DNA of 64,000 bases from positions 96,001-160,000 of the forward strand of contig JAVRCJ020000019.1 in the NCBI GenBank assembly GCA_034530875.2, written 5' to 3'. The DNA comes from Nostoc sp. DedSLP01 (GTDB lineage: Bacteria > Cyanobacteriota > Cyanobacteriia > Cyanobacteriales > Nostocaceae). Under the pieces are notes generated by a model, which was not told where the DNA came from, searched no databases, and saw only the letters and a list, made by a program, of their open reading frames with translations. Positions 58,560 to 64,000 of the stretch are shown one piece after another (position 1 is the stretch's first letter; each line of letters begins with the position of its first letter). Both the position numbers and the translations under genes were made by a program.

Positions 58560-58645
58560 TAGTTCCTCGTTCACAAAAAAATTATAAATATGCGGATTTT
58601 CAGATCGCGCAGATTCGGCCGAACAATTCCAATTCAGGTTACTGC

Positions 58646-59464
58646 ATGACAATTGCTACTTCAACTAAACCTCAAATCAACTGGGTTAATACCCTGTTTT
58701 TCATTGGTCTGCACATCGGTGCGCTGTTTGCCTTTGTTCCTGGTAACTTTAGCTGGACGGCAGTTGGCGTGGGTTTGTTGCTCTACTGGGTGAGTGGTGG
58801 TTTAGGCATTACTCTGGGATTTCACCGCCTTGTTACCCACCGCAGTTTTCAAACTCCCAAGTGGCTAGAGTATATCCTGGTTTTCTTCGGGACACTTGCC
58901 TGTCAAGGAGGCCCAATTGAGTGGGTAGGTACACATCGTATCCATCATTTGCACTCAGATACTGAGGCAGATCCCCATGATTCCAATAAAGGCTTCTGGT
59001 GGAGCCACATGGGTTGGCTGATTCATTTTTGTCCCTCTCACGATCAAGTTCCTCGTTTCACCAAAGACATAGCCGAAGACCCAGTTTATCAGTTTTTAGA
59101 AAAATATTTCATTTTGCTCCAGGTTGCTCTGGGCGTATTGCTTTTACTTCTGGGTGGCTGGCCGTTTGTTATTTGGGGAATTTTTGTTCGTATTGTCTGG
59201 GTTTACCACTGCACTTGGTTGGTAAACAGCGCTACTCATAAATTTGGCTATCAAAGCCATGATTCTGGCGATCGCTCAACTAACTGCTGGTGGGTAGCCG
59301 TACTAGTTTTCGGTGAAGGCTGGCACAATAATCACCATGCTTTTCAATATTCAGCTCGTCACGGGCTGGAATGGTGGGAAATCGATTTAACTTGGATGAC
59401 AATCCAATTGCTGCAAGCAGTTGGTCTGGCTACCAATGTGAAGTTGGCTCCAACGAAAAGTTAG
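58646..59464 (+). CDS. desC: Acyl-lipid delta-9 desaturase
   Basis: His boxes HRLVTH, HRIHH, GEGWHNNHH. Confidence 0.92.
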   Translation: MTIATSTKPQINWVNTLFFIGLHIGALFAFVPGNFSWTAVGVGLLLYWVSGGLGITLGFHRLVTHRSFQTPKWLEYILVFFGTLACQGGPIEWVGTHRIHHLHSDTEADPHDSNKGFWWSHMGWLIHFCPSHDQVPRFTKDIAEDPVYQFLEKYFILLQVALGVLLLLLGGWPFVIWGIFVRIVWVYHCTWLVNSATHKFGYQSHDSGDRSTNCWWVAVLVFGEGWHNNHHAFQYSARHGLEWWEIDLTWMTIQLLQAVGLATNVKLAPTKS

Positions 59465-59818
59465 TTAGGAGTCAGGAGTTATGAGTTAAAAGTTTGGAGT
59501 CTGGAGTTACATTTATTGCAAATCAGGCATCCAAATGTTTATGTTGTCGTCGATTTTTCTCAAACCCTAATTTTGAGAAGCACAAATCCTTACGGCACGA
59601 GGAGTGTTTCTAATTCACCTCAACCGTGAGTTAAGAATCTAAATTCCTAACTCATAACTCCTAACTCCTCACTTCTAACTGCTAACTTTTGAAAAAGTTA
59701 TTTACGGGTGCGCTTGTATAGGTTAGGTTGCTATAATCCGAGACGCTAATATTAAGCAACTTTACGGCAAGTTATTTTTGATGACTTGGTGGAGGAGTTT
59801 GTTGTATTTCAGGTGTTC

Positions 59819-60871
59819 ATGACTACATCAATAATTAAGACCGAGAAACTAAGTGACGAGTCTGCTAATTCTAACTTCAGGCTCAAAGATATTGTCAAAA
59901 CCCTGCCACGGGAATGTTTTCAGCAAAGCCGCCGCAAGGCTTGGACGCAAGTAATACTTAGTGTCTTGGCAGTTGCTTTGGGCTACTACAGCTTAGCGAT
60001 CGCTCCTTGGTTTCTTTTACCCCTAGCTTGGGTTTTTACGGGTACTGCTTTAACAGGTTTTTTTGTTATCGGCCATGATTGCGGTCACAGATCGTTTGCC
60101 AAACGTCGTTGGGTAAATGATGTGGTGGGTCACTTTTTTATGGCGCCGTTAATTTATCCGTTTCACAGTTGGCGGATTAAGCATAATTATCACCACACTC
60201 ATACCAACAAATTGGATGAGGACAATGCTTGGCATCCAATCAGACCAGAAGTGTTTGAAAGTTGGGATCAAACCCGACAGTCTGCCTTTGAGTTGTTCAT
60301 TCGCAGACGCTTTTGGTGGGTAGGTTCCATCGGACATTGGGCAGTAGTGCATTTTGATTGGCGGAATTTCAAAACTAAAGACCAATCCAGCATCAAGCTT
60401 TCTGTAGCTGTAGTAGTATTATTTGCTGCGATCGCTTTTCCAGCCCTGATCGCCACTACAGGTATCTGGGGATTTGTCAAGTTTTGGCTAGTGCCCTGGT
60501 TGGTGTACCACTTTTGGATGAGTACTTTTACCATCGTTCACCATACTGCTTCAGATGTTCCTTTTGTCGCAGCAAACAAGTGGAACGAAGCTCTAGCTCA
60601 GTTATTTGGCACTGTTCATTGCGATTATCCTCGCTGGGTAGAAATCCTCTGCCACGACATCAATGTTCATGTCCCTCATCATATTTCCACCGCTATTCCT
60701 TCTTATAATTTGCGGCTAGCTTACAGCAGCATCAAGGAAAACTGGGGGCCTTACCTGCATGATGAATGTCAGTTCTCTTGGTCTTTAATGAAGCAAATTA
60801 CAGACCAATGTCAACTGTACAAAACTGATGTGGGCTATCAAACTTTTAACGAATATTACGCAGAACGATAA
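59819..60871 (+). CDS. desA: Delta-12 acyl-lipid desaturase
   Basis: [31 protein letters not shown]. Confidence 0.92.
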   Translation: MTTSIIKTEKLSDESANSNFRLKDIVKTLPRECFQQSRRKAWTQVILSVLAVALGYYSLAIAPWFLLPLAWVFTGTALTGFFVIGHDCGHRSFAKRRWVNDVVGHFFMAPLIYPFHSWRIKHNYHHTHTNKLDEDNAWHPIRPEVFESWDQTRQSAFELFIRRRFWWVGSIGHWAVVHFDWRNFKTKDQSSIKLSVAVVVLFAAIAFPALIATTGIWGFVKFWLVPWLVYHFWMSTFTIVHHTASDVPFVAANKWNEALAQLFGTVHCDYPRWVEILCHDINVHVPHHISTAIPSYNLRLAYSSIKENWGPYLHDECQFSWSLMKQITDQCQLYKTDVGYQTFNEYYAER

Positions 60872-61181
60872 ACCCGTTGGATTATCAGCTTTCCTCACGC
60901 TCTTGAACTTAACGAGAGCGTTTATCTTGTCCTGCCTTTAAATAAAATCTGACAATTCTTGACTAGCTAAATATTGTTAGCTAAATTCTCAGAAAATTGA
61001 CTCTTGGATGTTAGGAGAGTTAGTCTCCTGGGCATACTAGTCAAGTAAAAAATCAAAAGTAAAAACAAGCCTCGACTTCATCTTACTTTTACTTTTTTGC
61101 TTTTGACTTTTGCCTTGTGGGGTAAGATTATCTTGCCTCAAATAAAGTTCCGATTTATCTTCAACATAAAGAATCCAGCCA

Positions 61182-62249
61182 GTGCAATCAAATATAATCA
61201 CGCTCAACGAGCCTCAGAACCATGAATTATCTGGGGAGACTACCAAACTGCCTTTTACTCTTCAGGATTTAAAAGCTGCGATCCCCGCTGAATGCTTTCA
61301 GCCCAATGTGACAAAATCACTTTTTTACTTTTTTCGCGATATCCTGATTATTAGTCTGCTTTACGCAGTTGCTTATTACCTGGATTCTTGGTTTTTCTTT
61401 CCAATTTTTTGGTTAATGCAAGGAACAATGTTTTGGGCTTTGTTTGTAGTCGGACATGACTGCGGACACCAATCTTTTTCTAAGCATAAATGGCTAAATG
61501 ATTTGATTGGACATCTTTCTCACACACCAATACTTGTTCCTTATCATGGTTGGCGAATCAGCCATAGAACTCATCACAAAAATACCGGCCATCTCGATAA
61601 TGATGAAAGCTGGTATCCTATAAACGAATCGGACTATAAGCAAATGCCCCTAGAGCAAAAGATAGTCCGATATTATGCTTTTCTATTGGCTTATCCTTTG
61701 TACTTATTTAAGCGTTCTCCCAATAAAAAAGGCTCTCACTTTTTACCCAGCAGTCCGCTGTTTAAACCATCAGAAAAATGGGATGTCATCACTAGTACCG
61801 TTCTTTGCATTGGGATGGTGGGTTTGCTTGGCTATCTTACCTATCTATGGGGTTGGATGTGGTTGCTGAAGTATTACGCCGCACCTTACATTGTGTTCGT
61901 AATTTGGCTTGATTTAGTGACATTCTTGCACCACACTGAACCCGATATTCCCTGGTATCGTGGAGAAGAATGGACTTTTTTAAAAGGTGCAATCTCCAGT
62001 ATTGACCGCGATTATGGTTTGATTAATCATATCCACCATGATATTGGCACTCATGTTGCTCACCATATATTCCTTAACATTCCCCACTACAATTTACTGA
62101 AGGCGACTGAGGCGATAAAACCAGTGATGGGTGAGTATTTCCGCAAATCGGACGAACCAATTTGGAAATCATTATGGAATTCTTGGGCGAACTGTCGTTT
62201 TGTACCCGATACTGGAAGTAAGGTTTACTACACATCAAACAACAAGTGA
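61182..62249 (+). CDS. desB: Omega-3 (delta-15) fatty acid desaturase
   Basis: QGTMFWALFVVGHDCGH, PYHGWRISHRTHH, HDIGTHVAHH, IPHYNL. Confidence 0.93.
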   Translation: MQSNIITLNEPQNHELSGETTKLPFTLQDLKAAIPAECFQPNVTKSLFYFFRDILIISLLYAVAYYLDSWFFFPIFWLMQGTMFWALFVVGHDCGHQSFSKHKWLNDLIGHLSHTPILVPYHGWRISHRTHHKNTGHLDNDESWYPINESDYKQMPLEQKIVRYYAFLLAYPLYLFKRSPNKKGSHFLPSSPLFKPSEKWDVITSTVLCIGMVGLLGYLTYLWGWMWLLKYYAAPYIVFVIWLDLVTFLHHTEPDIPWYRGEEWTFLKGAISSIDRDYGLINHIHHDIGTHVAHHIFLNIPHYNLLKATEAIKPVMGEYFRKSDEPIWKSLWNSWANCRFVPDTGSKVYYTSNNK

Positions 62250-62886
62250 GCTAAACCCTAAGCTTGATTGAGATTTGTGATTTCTTTAAGAAGTCGCAAA
62301 TCTTCTATTTTAGATTGTCAGTTACCATTCGTTTCTTAGTAGTAACGACTGATAACTTTTTGGTAAAGATAAATTTTTATATAACTTACATTAATGATTA
62401 GGTAAATAACTTAATATAACTTCTATTTTGAAATTTAAAGGCGATCGCACATTACATTATTATTGCTGTAAACTTTGTTAAAATCTGAGCGTTATAACTT
62501 GGAGTAAATGTCATTGAACCAACATTCAAAAACTTTTCTGGCTGTCAGGTCATTAAAATCCAGAGGTAAAATAAAGATAAAGCGATGGCATCCAAGCAAC
62601 CTTGATTTAAGTTTCTACCCGTAGACAAAAATCTATTTCTTTCAACTGTTGCAGTTGCAGTGGATAAGGACTACCATAATCTGCGATCGGAGGTATATCT
62701 TGTTAAATCAATCCTAAGACTAGTAAAGATTTTTGCTCAAAGCACCTTCAACTCATTCCGAATGAGTTAAGTTTATTTGCATATAGCCACTTCAGTTAAT
62801 TTACTGCTAGGGTTATAAATCAGCAGAGACTATACTATAGACAATTTAGCTAAAATCCTTTTCAGATTTTAAATTCAGAGGTATCA

Positions 62887-63594
62887 ATGATTATAACTAA
62901 TTTTAGCAAACAAAGAAATGAATTAAATGAACCTAAAGTTGAATCTAAAGTACTTAAAGCTAAACCACATTGGCAAGGTCAAAACTTGAGCGATACTGCT
63001 CTCAAAGGTAAAGAAACCAAGATGCGAGATACTGCAGCTGATAGTTCTATTTTGAATACCTTGAATCGCGGTCGAGTTGCTATTTTTATTGATGGCTTAA
63101 GCCTATTTCACACAGCTTTACAACTCGGCATAGAAATTGACTACGTTAAATTGCTTTGTCATTTAACCAACGGTTCGAGACTGTTACGTGCTTTCTTCTA
63201 CACTGGAGTTGATATCGCAAATGAGAAGCAACAGGGTTTTCTGTTGTGGATGCGTCGTAACGGCTATCGTGTAGTAGCAAAAGATCTCCTTGTGTCAGCA
63301 GATAATTTTAAAAAATCAAATCTGAACGTAGAAATTGCTGTAGACATGATCACTCTGGCTCCTTACTATGATACTGCTGTATTAGTCAGCGGCGATGGAG
63401 ATTTAGCTTATGCTGTTAACGCTGTCAGTAGATTGGGAGTTAGAGTAGAAGTTGTGAGTTTACAAACTACGACTAGCGAAAGCTTAATTGATGTTGCTGA
63501 CTGCTTTATTGACCTAGATAGCATTAAAGCACACATTCAAAAAGACTCTAATCTTGGCTATAGCTACCGAACCCCGACAAATTCAAATCTCTAA
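62887..63594 (+). CDS. NYN domain protein (LabA/DUF88 family)
   Basis: RVAIFIDG, LLRAFFYTG, VEIAVDM, LVSGDGDLAY, ADCFIDL. Confidence 0.88.
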   Translation: MIITNFSKQRNELNEPKVESKVLKAKPHWQGQNLSDTALKGKETKMRDTAADSSILNTLNRGRVAIFIDGLSLFHTALQLGIEIDYVKLLCHLTNGSRLLRAFFYTGVDIANEKQQGFLLWMRRNGYRVVAKDLLVSADNFKKSNLNVEIAVDMITLAPYYDTAVLVSGDGDLAYAVNAVSRLGVRVEVVSLQTTTSESLIDVADCFIDLDSIKAHIQKDSNLGYSYRTPTNSNL

Positions 63595-63783
63595 TACGGT
63601 GAGTAGGGAGTGGGGAGTGGGGAATGATGAAGATAAAAGGGATGAGTAGAGAGTTAGAACTTGAAGCATTAGGCTTGAATAATCATTCATCCATCTATAA
63701 TACTCATTTATCTTTCTCATTTCCCCTACTCCCAACTCCCCATTCCCCACTCCCTAGATCTTTTTAAATCTGCGTACTTGAGG

Positions 63784-64000
63784 ATGGATATTTTAATAGT
63801 TGAAGATGAAGCAGAAATTGCTCATTTAATCCAACTCTCTTTAGAAAAAGAAGGATTTTTTTGCCGTATTAGTCGTGATGGCATAAATGCTTTACGGATG
63901 TTTCAAGACCAACCACCCGATTTAATCATTCTAGATTTAATGATTCCTGGTTTGGATGGGCTGGAAGTTTGTGCCAGAATTCGCCAGAAACCGGGGGCAA
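63784..64000 (+). CDS. Two-component response regulator (OmpR-type receiver), partial
   Basis: MDILIVEDEAEIAHLIQLSLEKEG...PDLIILDLMIPGLDGLEVCARIR; runs off the window end. Confidence 0.85.
   Translation, partial: MDILIVEDEAEIAHLIQLSLEKEGFFCRISRDGINALRMFQDQPPDLIILDLMIPGLDGLEVCARIRQKPGA

Noticed and set aside
976..62249. Many 60-155 aa ORFs overlapping or antisense to the long genes
   Set aside because: They are shadow frames of well-supported CDSs or of STRR repeats and show no independent motifs.

Overview
This is a 64-kb chromosomal window from a heterocyst-forming (Nostocales-type) cyanobacterium, judged from many HIP1 GCGATCGC octamers, STRR heptamer repeats and the gene order. Most of it is conserved housekeeping DNA: cikA-like kinase, cobN, PG-binding protein, furA, sigC, gpsA, lipA, tRNA-Pro(CGG); the ndhF3/ndhD3/cupA CO2-uptake operon with an inserted Tat-type beta-carbonic anhydrase; a large hybrid kinase; prohibitin, ADP-ribosylglycohydrolase, NUDIX, folK, PBP1A, psb35, TerB, rsmB, invB; and bciB, YnbB, desC/desA/desB, a NYN protein and a partial response regulator. 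Two accessory regions stand out. (1) 12.9-24.6 kb, just after tRNA-Pro, is an Ssp-like DNA-phosphorothioation island: DUF4007 sspB, large ATPase sspC and a cysteine desulfurase, plus an SF2 helicase and a GHKL/MORC-type ATPase. The expected sspD and the 5' part of the helicase are absent. In their place sit a DUF4351 gene, a small gene and a probably autoregulated XRE-HNH nuclease. The helicase also carries a stop from a 21-nt insertion into a HIP1 site. (2) 47.9-55.9 kb holds nested miniature repeat elements, a 41-bp tandem array upstream of an uncharacterised coiled-coil gene, a DUF559 nuclease bracketed by 70-bp inverted repeats, and a tightly coupled three-gene operon (TPR-CHAT caspase-like protease, small protein, coiled-coil 2-TM protein) that looks like a protease-triggered membrane-effector defence system. 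All calls come from motif recognition by eye; no database search was run.
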